From the NCBI RefSeq assembly GCF_963975555.1, contig NZ_CAXBHH010000005.1, positions 6,349 through 70,348 on the forward strand: 64,000 bases of DNA, given 5' to 3'. A model generated the notes under the pieces. It was not told the DNA's origin, did no database searches, and saw only the letters and a program-made list of their open reading frames with translations. The DNA is from an uncultured Parasphingorhabdus sp. Lineage in GTDB: Bacteria > Pseudomonadota > Alphaproteobacteria > Sphingomonadales > Sphingomonadaceae. Every line of letters begins with the position of its first letter. Position 1 is the first letter of the stretch. Made by a program: the position numbers and the translations under genes. This document shows, in pieces, positions 29,784 through 39,013 of the stretch.

Positions 29784-30719
29784 TCAGGCGTGCACGAAGC
29801 CGAGATGCGCTGGCAATTCCAGTCTTTCGCCGTGGCTATGCAAGCTGACTCCGGATCCCGGGCGGCATACGCCGACGCAGGTCAGCGGAATACCAAGCAC
29901 GGTTTCCGGGCTGGCCGTAAGTAGCAACTGATAGTCGTCGCCGCCGGTCGCTGCCTTGAGCCGTGCGTCCTGATCGTCCCCGACCAGAGCCTGGAACTGT
30001 TTGGATAACGGAATTTCCGCCAGATCGATTTCAACCTGTATGCCACTCGCCGCTGCGATCCGCGATGCGTCAAGCAGCAGCCCGTCGGAAACATCCATCA
30101 TGCTGCTGACCAGATTGGACAGCACCCTGCCCTCTTCCAGTCTCGGCACCGGACGCGTATGCGCTTTCAACAGCGATGCCGTGACGTCGATATCGGTCGA
30201 CCGGAGCAGTCCTGACGCGATTTGCAGGCCCGCCCAGGCGTCACCAATGGTTCCGGTGACATAGACGGCGTTGCCAGGCTTTGCGTTGCTGCGCGAGGGT
30301 ACGATATGGCCTTTCGCTTCGCCAATGGCGGTCAGGCCAAAGGTTCTCGGAGCATTTTCACCCATTGCCACCGTGTCGCCGCCAAGCAGCGGCACCGCAA
30401 AGCGGTCAATCGCCTGTTTCAGGCCCTCGACGAAAGCGGCATCCCATTGATCACCGGACGTGCGGCCATAGCCGAGCAGGACGCCGAGCGGCTTCGCGCC
30501 CTTTGCCGCCAGATCGGAAAGGTTCACCGCAACCAGTTTCCACGCGACATCGGCGGGATCGGCGTCGCGGAGAAAATGTATGCCTTCGACCATCATATCA
30601 TGGGTCATCACCAGCTTGTGCCGGCCGAACGGCATCATAGCGACATCGTCGACCAGTCCGCGTGCAGCCGGGTGGGTGGTGATGGCCTTTAAGCGGTCGA
30701 TAAATTGCAGTTCATTCAA
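29784..30719 (-). CDS. thiL: thiamine-phosphate kinase
   Basis: DDVA, VNLSDLAAKGA, LLGGDT, MDVSDGL and GGDDYQL. TTG start overlaps the upstream TGA. Confidence 0.95.
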   Translation of the reverse strand: MNELQFIDRLKAITTHPAARGLVDDVAMMPFGRHKLVMTHDMMVEGIHFLRDADPADVAWKLVAVNLSDLAAKGAKPLGVLLGYGRTSGDQWDAAFVEGLKQAIDRFAVPLLGGDTVAMGENAPRTFGLTAIGEAKGHIVPSRSNAKPGNAVYVTGTIGDAWAGLQIASGLLRSTDIDVTASLLKAHTRPVPRLEEGRVLSNLVSSMMDVSDGLLLDASRIAAASGIQVEIDLAEIPLSKQFQALVGDDQDARLKAATGGDDYQLLLTASPETVLGIPLTCVGVCRPGSGVSLHSHGERLELPAHLGFVHA

Positions 30720-31639
30720 GAGAGAGCGTGCTCCAGTGCCATTCTGATGGAAGCGTTGGCGCGCTTGCTGACCGCTGCCTGTGGGGCAAATCCGTTAAAT
30801 CCGTGCGGGGCTCCGGGGTAGATAACAAGCTCAACCGGAACACCGGATGAACGAAGACGGTTTGCATAGATAATATCTTCATCGAGAAACAGGTCGAGAT
30901 CGCCGCACATGATATAGGCGGGCGGCAGTCCGGTGAGATCCGTCGCCCGCGCCGGTGCGGCATAAGCGCTGGCGCCTTCTTCCTCGGCATAAAGCGACCA
31001 GGCATATAGCGAGGTTTCGCGGTTCCACGTCGAAGCCGGAAGGTCCGCATGCCCCGACGGCGTATCATGCTGATCATCCAGCATCGGATAGACAAGCAGC
31101 TGGAAAGCGATCTCCGGTCCGCCCCGGTCGCGGTTCATCAGAGCGGCGCTTGCAGCCAGTCCGCCACCCGCACTCGGACCGGCAAGAATGATTTTACGGG
31201 GATTGCGGTTTTCCGCCAGTCGCTCGATCACCGCACAAACGTCCCGGGCAGCAGCCGGTGCGCGATATTCCGGCGCCATCCGGTAGTCGACCGAGACAAC
31301 CGGCGCGAGCGAGGAATAGCCCTGTGCCGAGAAATCATCGGCGCTGCCCATCAAAAATCCGCCGCCGTGTAACCAGATAATCGCGCAATCGGGATAAAGC
31401 ACATCCCGTCCGCGATACTCGATCACCGCGACATCGGGATCATCGTCCAGCCCGGGCATGTGATATTCGTCTTTCTGCCCATCAAATTCCGGCAGATCGA
31501 CCGCCATCTGGGCAAAGAGCGTGGTCAGTGCAGCACGGGCACCCGGCACGTCAGCCCTCAATATGTCATATATATAGGGGCCATCCGCCGTGATGATATC
31601 GTGGAACTCAGGATCAAGCCGATCGAGATATTTGGACAA
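30716..31639 (-). CDS. alpha/beta hydrolase, HSL/family IV esterase
   Basis: WLHGGGF oxyanion hole, VDYRMAPE, GPSAGGG elbow, DLFLDE and HGF. Confidence 0.88.
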   Translation of the reverse strand: MSKYLDRLDPEFHDIITADGPYIYDILRADVPGARAALTTLFAQMAVDLPEFDGQKDEYHMPGLDDDPDVAVIEYRGRDVLYPDCAIIWLHGGGFLMGSADDFSAQGYSSLAPVVSVDYRMAPEYRAPAAARDVCAVIERLAENRNPRKIILAGPSAGGGLAASAALMNRDRGGPEIAFQLLVYPMLDDQHDTPSGHADLPASTWNRETSLYAWSLYAEEEGASAYAAPARATDLTGLPPAYIMCGDLDLFLDEDIIYANRLRSSGVPVELVIYPGAPHGFNGFAPQAAVSKRANASIRMALEHALS

Positions 31640-31670
31640 ACATTCCCCCAGTGCCAGTCGGGGGTGTTGT

Positions 31671-32117
31671 TCAGCCCCGCACTTGTTTTGCGATACTATC
31701 CAGTAGCCCGTTTACGAAACCGGCATCCTTTTTGTTGAAGAAAGCATGGGCCACGTCCAGATATTCGTCAATTACCGTTGCGATCGGTACGTCTTCCTGT
31801 GCGACCAGTTCAAATGTCCCGCAGCGCAGGATCTGGACCATCGTCTTGTCGAGACGTCCCAGCGTCCAGCCCGAAGCCAGTTTTGAAGCCACCAGTTCGT
31901 CGATTTCCGGCTGGCGCGATGTCACGCCGATGACCAGATCATCGAAAAAATCGCGCTCGGCCGGATGATATTGGTCATCCTCGATTTCCTTGCCGAGCCG
32001 GTGATCATGAAATTCCTTGATCAGTTTCGTCACCGGGGTTTTTTCCATCTGGTGCTGGAACAGCGCCTGGACGGCGGCCAGCCGGGCAGCGGAGCGGGAT
32101 GTGGATTTTGCGGTCAT
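31671..32117 (-). CDS. nusB: transcription antitermination factor NusB
   Basis: RSAARLAAVQALF, WTLGRLD and FVNGLLDSIA motifs. Confidence 0.95.
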   Translation of the reverse strand: MTAKSTSRSAARLAAVQALFQHQMEKTPVTKLIKEFHDHRLGKEIEDDQYHPAERDFFDDLVIGVTSRQPEIDELVASKLASGWTLGRLDKTMVQILRCGTFELVAQEDVPIATVIDEYLDVAHAFFNKKDAGFVNGLLDSIAKQVRG

Positions 32118-32638
32118 GCTTTTTTCATCCGTGGCATGCCGAGAAAGTCACGCTTTCCGATACGCAGCCCGTTCTCGCGGAGCAGGTCATAGGCCGTCGT
32201 GGCATGGAAAAAGAAATTGGGCTGGGCAAAGCTCAGCAGAAAATTCTCGGCAGTAAAAGGCATCACGGCATCCTTGAACCGGAATTCCATATGCTGGCCG
32301 ACAAATCCCGACATCTCGGCTTCGGTGACAGCTTCCAGCCCGGCTTTTGCTTCGTCGAGCTTTTCATACAGACCGGCCCAGTCAGTGGGTGGCGCGGCCA
32401 GACTTGGCGTAAACACGCCCTCTCTGACAGCTTCAATCGCGCCCAGCGAATGTTCGCGGCAGCATTTCACCTGATAGGAAAATGGCTGCATATCCTCGAT
32501 CAGCCGTGCGCCAATAATCTCTTCCGGCGCCATGCCCTTTTCTTGGCAATGGGCTTTCGCTTCGTCAACCAGCTCTCGGACGGCTGCGATGATCTGCAAC
32601 TGGGTTGGAATTACGGCATCATATAGGGAAATGGTCAT
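32114..32638 (-). CDS. DUF1993 family protein
   Basis: ARLIEDMQPFSYQV and FAQPNFFFHATTAYDLLRENGLRIGKRDFLG. Confidence 0.88.
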   Translation of the reverse strand: MTISLYDAVIPTQLQIIAAVRELVDEAKAHCQEKGMAPEEIIGARLIEDMQPFSYQVKCCREHSLGAIEAVREGVFTPSLAAPPTDWAGLYEKLDEAKAGLEAVTEAEMSGFVGQHMEFRFKDAVMPFTAENFLLSFAQPNFFFHATTAYDLLRENGLRIGKRDFLGMPRMKKA

Positions 32639-32661
32639 GGGTATTTTCTTTCTGCTGATTG

Positions 32662-33957
32662 TCAGCGCCGGTCGAGCCGCTTCTGTACGCTGGCGGCATG
32701 TGCTGGCAAGCCCTCTGCCTCTGCCAGCGCAACCGCCGCCGGACCGATGTTGCGAAGAGCCTGTTCATCGCAATGAATGAAGCTGGTGCGTTTCATGAAG
32801 TCGGTGACCGAAAGGCCGGACGAGAAACGCGCCCGCCGTCCGGTCGGTAATACATGATTGGGGCCGGCTACATAATCACCCACGGCCTCGGGCGTGTGAC
32901 GACCGAGAAAGACCGAACCGGCGTGGCGGACTTTCTTGAACAAGGCATCAGGATCGTCGACCGCCAGCTCGAGATGTTCGGCAGCCAAACGGTCGACAAG
33001 AGGGATAGCCTGTTCGAGCCGGTCGACGATGATGATCGCGCCATTGTCATTCCAGCTGGTTGTCGCGGTCTCGGACGTTGTCAGGACCTTTAGCTGTTCA
33101 TCAATTTTCGTAGATACTTGATCGGCAAAGTTAATATCATCTGTGAATAATATCGACTGGCTGGTCGGATCATGTTCTGCCTGGCTGAGCAGGTCGGCGG
33201 CGATCCAGTCGGGATCATTCTTGCCATCGGCAACAACGACAATTTCCGATGGACCAGCGACCATATCGATGCCGACGACACCGAAAACCTGCCGTTTCGC
33301 TTCGGCTACCCAGGCGTTGCCGGGGCCGGTGATAACGTCAACCGGTGCAATTTTTTCTGTGCCATAAGCCAGCGCTGCCACCGCCTGCGCGCCGCCAATC
33401 CGCCAGATTTCGTCAACTCCGGCCAGTTCGGCTGCGGCCAGCACCAGTGGATTGATATAACCCCCGGGTGCCGGGGTCACCATGATGATCCGCTCGACAC
33501 CGGCAACCTTGGCCGGAATGGCGTTCATCAGCACCGAAGAGGGATAGGCCGCGCGGCCTCCGGGAATGTAGATGCCTGCGCGCTCTACGCCGTTCCAGCG
33601 AGCGCCGATCCGCACGCCAGCGTCATCCATATAATCCCTGTTATCAGGCAGTTGCCCCTCATGATAATCACGAATTCTTAAGGCTGCCAGTTCCAGCGCG
33701 ATCCGCAAAGATGCTTCCAAATCTTCCAATGCAGCGGCCGATTCGGCTTTGTCCACGCGCCAGCCGGTCTGCTCCAGATCATGCTGGTCAAACTTGCTGG
33801 TCAGCTGCGCAACGGCTTCATCGCCGCGATCGCGGACATCCTGAATGATCGCCCGCACATCGGCCGACACATCATCATCCGCCTCGCGCCGGGCGTTGAC
33901 CAGCGCGTCAAAGGCTTCGGCAAAACCGGTATCGGTGATGGCCATCCGCATTGGCAT
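32662..33957 (-). CDS. hisD: histidinol dehydrogenase
   Basis: YIPGGRAAYPSSVLMNAIPA, GIDMVAGPSE, DLLSQAEH, AAEHLEL and GPNHVLPT. Confidence 0.98.
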   Translation of the reverse strand: MPMRMAITDTGFAEAFDALVNARREADDDVSADVRAIIQDVRDRGDEAVAQLTSKFDQHDLEQTGWRVDKAESAAALEDLEASLRIALELAALRIRDYHEGQLPDNRDYMDDAGVRIGARWNGVERAGIYIPGGRAAYPSSVLMNAIPAKVAGVERIIMVTPAPGGYINPLVLAAAELAGVDEIWRIGGAQAVAALAYGTEKIAPVDVITGPGNAWVAEAKRQVFGVVGIDMVAGPSEIVVVADGKNDPDWIAADLLSQAEHDPTSQSILFTDDINFADQVSTKIDEQLKVLTTSETATTSWNDNGAIIIVDRLEQAIPLVDRLAAEHLELAVDDPDALFKKVRHAGSVFLGRHTPEAVGDYVAGPNHVLPTGRRARFSSGLSVTDFMKRTSFIHCDEQALRNIGPAAVALAEAEGLPAHAASVQKRLDRR

Positions 33958-34607
33958 CAGACCTGCCCCGCCAGCTCTCGAAATTTCTGCACCAGCGGCG
34001 TCAGCTCGGCGCTGCGCATCTTGAAGGCCGCGCGATTGACGACCAGACGGCCGGAGATATCCAGTATCCGGTCAGTCTCTACCAGATTATTGGCTTTCAG
34101 CGTGCTGCCCGATTCGACCAGATCAACGATATGCCGCGACAAGCCGAGCGACGGCGCCAGCTCCATCGCGCCGTTCAGCTTCACGCATTCTGCCTGAATG
34201 CCCTTGCTCTCGAAATAGCGGCTGGTGAGATTGGGATATTTGGTGGCGACCCGAAGATGGGAAATATTGCCGACCTGCTCCGCGTCGTCCTTCGGCTGGG
34301 CCAGCGACAGGCGGCAGCGGCCGATGCCGAGATCGACCGGCGCGTACAGCTCGCTATAGCCGAATTCCTCGATCACGTCGGACCCGACGATGCCGATCTG
34401 GGCTGCGCCGTGGGCAACAAAGGTCGCCACATCGAACGCCCGCACCCGGATGATCGCCATATGCGGCAGATTGGTCGCGAATTTCAGACTGCGGTTGGAC
34501 TTGTCAAAAAAGGCATCTTCTGGCACGATCCCCGCCTGCTCCAGGAGCGGCAAAGCATCGTCGAGAATCCTCCCTTTCGGAATTGCAAAGATCAGTGGTT
34601 GGGCCAT
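33957..34607 (-). CDS. hisG: ATP phosphoribosyltransferase, short form
   Basis: [24 protein letters not shown] and [11 protein letters not shown]...[14 protein letters not shown]. Real start MAQPL at 34607. Confidence 0.96.
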   Translation of the reverse strand: MAQPLIFAIPKGRILDDALPLLEQAGIVPEDAFFDKSNRSLKFATNLPHMAIIRVRAFDVATFVAHGAAQIGIVGSDVIEEFGYSELYAPVDLGIGRCRLSLAQPKDDAEQVGNISHLRVATKYPNLTSRYFESKGIQAECVKLNGAMELAPSLGLSRHIVDLVESGSTLKANNLVETDRILDISGRLVVNRAAFKMRSAELTPLVQKFRELAGQV

Positions 34608-34652
34608 ATTGGCCGCGGCTTTACGGGTTCGCAGATGAAAGGGCAACGAGTT

Positions 34653-35708
34653 ATGAATATTTTGGACGTTGAAGATATCGCGCAGGGAATGCGCAGTCAG
34701 GCGGAACATTGTCTGCGCAACGACGCGCCGGTAACGGCATCCATCATTATCGCCCAATTGGCACTGATCAACGGCCCGACGGCCTGCGGAAAGAAAATCG
34801 CCAACTGGCCGGGAAAACCGCTGGAAGACGCGATGCCGCTGCGCCTAACCGGCGGCCTCCACCATCTCTATCTCAGCGGCAAGGAACCGCGTCTCGCCGA
34901 AATTTACGAAGGCCGGATCAGCGATCAGGATGCGATCGACCTTCTCGTCGGACAGGTCGTGGCCGACCATGATGCAGAATTACTGCCCTGGTTCGACAGC
35001 CCGCCCCAGACCAACGAGTCGGGACGCTCGGCCAGTTTCATGGCCGGCCTGCTATGGTTATCGGAACGTATCGGCCCCCGATTCGAACTGCTCGAACTCG
35101 GCGCCAGCGCCGGGGTCAATACGATGATGGAGCGCTATCATTATGACCTGAATGGCGTGCTTGCCGGGCCGGAGGATTCGCCGATGCGGATCAAGCCGGA
35201 ATGGCGCGGCCCCCCGCCCCCGCAAGCACCGGTCGAGATCGTCAGCATCCGCGGCTGCGACCAGAATCCTATTGATCTCACCGACGACGAAACCGCAGCC
35301 CATCTGAAGGGTTATATCTGGCCCGAAATGCCCGCCCGCTTCGAACGCATGGGAGCATCCATCACTCTGGCTAAACAGGAAGCACCCGATCTGGTGAAGG
35401 CCGATGCCGCCGACTGGACCGAAGAGCAGCTGACCCGGCCGCAGGAAAGCGGCGTGACCCGGGTGTTGATACATTCGATCGTCTGGCAATATCTGCCCCA
35501 GCCGACCAAGGACCGGATTACGGCGGCGATGGAGACGGCCGGCAAAGCGGCGACCGCGGACAGGCCGCTCGCGTGGATGTCGCTGGAGACTAACCGCAAG
35601 ACCTTCCGACACGAACTGACCATCCGCTACTGGCCGGGGGGCGAGCAACCGACGCTACTGGGCAGCGCCCATGCCCACGGCGCTTGGCTCGAGTGGCTTG
35701 GGGAGTAG
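34653..35708 (+). CDS. DUF2332 family protein
   Basis: [28 protein letters not shown] and HSIVWQYL. The 33951 start in the ORF track overlaps hisG and is implausible; ATG 34635 is an alternative. Confidence 0.82.
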   Translation: MNILDVEDIAQGMRSQAEHCLRNDAPVTASIIIAQLALINGPTACGKKIANWPGKPLEDAMPLRLTGGLHHLYLSGKEPRLAEIYEGRISDQDAIDLLVGQVVADHDAELLPWFDSPPQTNESGRSASFMAGLLWLSERIGPRFELLELGASAGVNTMMERYHYDLNGVLAGPEDSPMRIKPEWRGPPPPQAPVEIVSIRGCDQNPIDLTDDETAAHLKGYIWPEMPARFERMGASITLAKQEAPDLVKADAADWTEEQLTRPQESGVTRVLIHSIVWQYLPQPTKDRITAAMETAGKAATADRPLAWMSLETNRKTFRHELTIRYWPGGEQPTLLGSAHAHGAWLEWLGE

Positions 35709-35722
35709 AAATTTTGGATTTT

Positions 35723-35876
35723 CCTCTCCCATAGGGAGAGGCAACAAGCCTTGGCAGTTCATTGCCTTAGGCGCAGTCGATGAGGGGTTTTGCTCGCCCG
35801 ATAAAGCGAAACCCCTCACCGAGTTCCGCTAGTCCGCAAGCGGACAAGCTACACTTGCCTCTCCCTGTGGGTGAGG
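35723..35876. repeat. multi-hairpin intergenic element with terminal CCTCTCCC/GGGAGAGG palindromes
   Basis: CCTCTCCC-ata-GGGAGAGG at the left end and CCTCTCCC-tgt-GGGTGAGG at the right end. Internal stems TGAGGGGTTT/AAACCCCTCA and GTCCGC/GCGGAC. Confidence 0.78.
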
Positions 35877-35881
35877 ATTTG

Positions 35882-36775
35882 CTAATCCGTAATCGTTTTG
35901 GGCCGCCCCTCGGGTAATGGAATAAACTCGTCCGGATCACCCGGCACCTTGGGAAAGCGTCCCTCGAACCAGTCGGCCTTCGCCTGATTGATCCGCTCCT
36001 TGCTCGAGGAAACAAAATTCCACCAGACATGCCGTTCGGTAGCAAAGGCCTCTCCGCCGAGCAGCATCGCACGACCGCCTGAAAGAGACGAGAGAGAGAC
36101 TTTCGCCCCCGGCGCGATGACATAAAGCGTATATTTATCCAGCGGCACGCCATCCAGCGCACCGTCGCCGTCGACCAGCATCACCGCCCGTTCGTCGGCC
36201 TCGGCATCGATCGGGATCGCGCCATTGGCGGATAGCAGGATGTCGGCATAGATGGTCTGCGAGTGGCAGGTGGTCGGGGCAACCTGCCCCCAGAGTCTCC
36301 CCATGATAATCCGCGCCTTTGCGCCATTGTCCTCGATCAGGGGCAAATCATCCTCCCCGACATTCTCGAACGCCGGATCAATCTCTTCTTTCCCATCGGG
36401 CAATGCCAGCCATGTCTGCATCCCGAACATCGGCTTCTTTTGATCGCGGTTTTCCAGCGGAGAGCGTTCCGAATGGACAATCCCCCTGCCCGCCGTCATC
36501 AGGTTCACCGCGCCTGGGCGGATCGTCTGGAATGTGCCAAGGCTGTCGCGATGATCAATCGCGCCTTCGAACAAATAGGTCACCGTCGCCAGATTGATAT
36601 GCGGATGCGGGCGGACGCCCATGCCCGGCCCTTCCGGCAGGATCGCCGGACCAAATTCGTCAACAAAGATAAACGGCCCGACCATCCGGCGGTGCCGCGA
36701 AGGCAGCACGCGGCGAACTTCAAACTCGCCAAGATCGTGGGTGGTGGGCGTGATAGTTTGCACGATGTTGGTCAT
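35882..36775 (-). CDS. pirin family protein
   Basis: PHPHINLATVTYLFEG, HRDSLG, MTAGRGIVHSE and WWNFVSS. Confidence 0.95.
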   Translation of the reverse strand: MTNIVQTITPTTHDLGEFEVRRVLPSRHRRMVGPFIFVDEFGPAILPEGPGMGVRPHPHINLATVTYLFEGAIDHRDSLGTFQTIRPGAVNLMTAGRGIVHSERSPLENRDQKKPMFGMQTWLALPDGKEEIDPAFENVGEDDLPLIEDNGAKARIIMGRLWGQVAPTTCHSQTIYADILLSANGAIPIDAEADERAVMLVDGDGALDGVPLDKYTLYVIAPGAKVSLSSLSGGRAMLLGGEAFATERHVWWNFVSSSKERINQAKADWFEGRFPKVPGDPDEFIPLPEGRPKTITD

Positions 36776-37051
36776 TTATTCCTCCGGAGACTTGGCCTTG
36801 ATCACCATCGCGTGCACCTTGTCGCGCATCATGTCGCCGAGCGCCTTGTTGACCATCCGCTGGCGATTGAGACGGGACAGTCCCGCAAAAGCCTCGCAAA
36901 CAATCTCGACGGTAAAATGCGATTCCCCGCTGCCGTCGTCTCCGGCATGGCCATGATGGCTGGCGCTATCGTTGATGACGTTGAGCGAGTTTGGCGAGAG
37001 TTCGGCGGTGAGCCGCTTTTCGATCTCGCTGTGGACTGGACCTTTTGACAT
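36776..37051 (-). CDS. bolA: BolA family protein
   Basis: NDSASHHGH...ESHFTVEIV...RLNRQRMV...VHAM. GGAGA RBS precedes ATG 37051. Confidence 0.92.
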   Translation of the reverse strand: MSKGPVHSEIEKRLTAELSPNSLNVINDSASHHGHAGDDGSGESHFTVEIVCEAFAGLSRLNRQRMVNKALGDMMRDKVHAMVIKAKSPEE

Positions 37052-37166
37052 CGAATCTCCATATTGCATTTTCACTCATCATATTAGCCGTTTTTGCTGC
37101 GCTTGTCGAAGCGCCTTTACGGCTTTCAAACCGTCCTTCGAACAGCGCGGGACCAACGGAGCAAGA

Positions 37167-37775
37167 TTGACCGTTTCTCCCAAAAGAAAACCCAACCGCT
37201 TTCATGGCCGCGTCGAAACCGATGGCCAGCCCTGCACCATTGAGGGATGCCCCGAAGCCGGAGAATTTCGCGCGCCGCCCATCTATGGCAGTAGCCGCAG
37301 CTCCGACGGCCCCGGCGAATATCGCTGGTTGTGCCTCGATCATGTTCGCGAGTTTAATCAGGGCTATGACTATTTCGCCGGAATGGATGCCGAGCAGATT
37401 TTCGACGCGCAACATCCGGTGCGCGGGTGGGACTCGACGCGACGAGTCTATGACGGCGGAGCCGGCGCGCAACCGGCATGGGCAGATTTTGCCGACCCGC
37501 TCGATGCAATCGGCGCACGATTTGCGGGCGGTCTCAACCGCCGCCAGACCTCGGGACCCGCTGTGTCCCGAGCCGACCAGAAAGCGCTGAAGACGCTAGG
37601 GCTTGGCGACAGTGACGCCGGGTCCATAGGCCGCAGTGACATCCGCCGCGCCTATTCGGCGCTGGTCCGCAAATATCATCCCGATCGCAACGGCGGCGAC
37701 CGCAGCCACGAGAAACAGTTGGCAAATGTGATTGAGGCCTATACGCAGCTTAAGGAATCACCGGATTTTCGATGA
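37167..37775 (+). CDS. J-domain protein (C-terminal J domain, N-terminal Cys/His cluster)
   Basis: KYHPDRNGG HPD motif; PCTIEGC...WLCLDHVREFN. TTG 37167 follows GGAG. Confidence 0.85.
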   Translation: MTVSPKRKPNRFHGRVETDGQPCTIEGCPEAGEFRAPPIYGSSRSSDGPGEYRWLCLDHVREFNQGYDYFAGMDAEQIFDAQHPVRGWDSTRRVYDGGAGAQPAWADFADPLDAIGARFAGGLNRRQTSGPAVSRADQKALKTLGLGDSDAGSIGRSDIRRAYSALVRKYHPDRNGGDRSHEKQLANVIEAYTQLKESPDFR

Positions 37776-37786
37776 GAATCCAATTC

Positions 37787-37876
37787 CCGTTGGTCCTGAA
37801 CTTGTCGAGGGACGCTTCACGTCCTCGGCGCCTGTCGATTTTGATGAACGTGTTTCGACAGGCCCGATGATAGGGG
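37787..37876. repeat. intergenic inverted-repeat element, copy 2
   Basis: CCGTTGGTCCTGAACTTGTCGAGG ... TTTCGACAGGC, same family as 20840-20923. Confidence 0.65.
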
Positions 37877-37912
37877 CTAGGGCTAACGGCTGAGCAATTT
37901 CGAAGGGCGAAC

Positions 37913-38902
37913 ATGACTGAGATACCAAATACCAATTCCGACACCAGCGGCGAAACCATAATGGATGCACCCGACAAGATGGTCGATGCACGCGAAATGT
38001 TCGGGATTGATCTTGATATGCAGGTCCCCGCGTTCAGTGAAAAGGACGAACGCGTTCCCGATCTCGATCCTTCCTATGTTTTCGACCCGGAAACCACAAC
38101 GGCGATTCTCGCCGGCTTCGCTTTCAACCGGCGGGTGATGGTCCAGGGCTATCACGGCACCGGAAAATCGACCCATATCGAACAGGTTGCCGCACGGCTC
38201 AACTGGCCCTGTATCCGGATCAACCTCGACGCACATATCAGCCGGATCGATCTGGTCGGACGCGATGCGATTGTCCTGAAGGATGGCCAGCAGGTCACCG
38301 AATTCCGCGAGGGTCTGCTGCCTTGGGCACTGCAGACGCCGACCGCTCTGGTGTTCGACGAATATGACGCCGGTCGCCCCGACGTGATGTTCGTGATCCA
38401 GCGGATCTTGGAAGCGGAAGGCAAGCTGACTCTGCTCGACCAGAACCGCGTGATCCGCCCCAACCCCTATTTCCGCCTGTTCGCAACCGCCAACACGGTC
38501 GGCCTAGGCGACACCAGCGGGCTGTATCACGGCACGCAACAGATCAACCAGGGCCAGATGGATCGCTGGAATATCGTCGTAACCCTGAACTATCTGCCTG
38601 CGGCTACCGAAGCGAAAGTGATCCTGTCGAAAGTACCGGATGCTGGCGACCAGACGGTCGAAAATATGATCAAGGTCGCAGATCTGACGCGGCACGGCTT
38701 CGTCAACGGAGACATTTCCACGGTGATGAGTCCGCGGACCGTGATCAGCTGGGCACAAAATGCCGCGATTTTCAAAAATATCGGCTTCGCCTTCCGCCTC
38801 TCCTTCCTCAACAAATGCGACGAAGCGGAACGGATGCTGGTGGCAGAATATTATCAGCGGGTATTTGGTGAAGATCTGCCGGAAAGCGTAATGGGCGGCT
38901 AG
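37913..38902 (+). CDS. cobS: cobaltochelatase subunit CobS (MoxR-like AAA+ ATPase)
   Basis: GYHGTGKST Walker [11 protein letters not shown] Walker B, GQMDRW and MSPRTV. Confidence 0.95.
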   Translation: MTEIPNTNSDTSGETIMDAPDKMVDAREMFGIDLDMQVPAFSEKDERVPDLDPSYVFDPETTTAILAGFAFNRRVMVQGYHGTGKSTHIEQVAARLNWPCIRINLDAHISRIDLVGRDAIVLKDGQQVTEFREGLLPWALQTPTALVFDEYDAGRPDVMFVIQRILEAEGKLTLLDQNRVIRPNPYFRLFATANTVGLGDTSGLYHGTQQINQGQMDRWNIVVTLNYLPAATEAKVILSKVPDAGDQTVENMIKVADLTRHGFVNGDISTVMSPRTVISWAQNAAIFKNIGFAFRLSFLNKCDEAERMLVAEYYQRVFGEDLPESVMGG

Positions 38903-39013
38903 GCTGAGGCGTAGCTCCTCTCGTGACACGATGTGCAACGCTTCTGGCGACAGCGGGAAACAGATGCCAAATTTACAGACTCGCCATAGCTGTATTGTTA
39001 GTATAGCACAGCA

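Noticed and set aside
33951-34652. N-terminal 230 aa of the 585-aa ORF
   Set aside because: Antisense to hisG. DUF2332 similarity begins only near 34653, so this is not a fusion.
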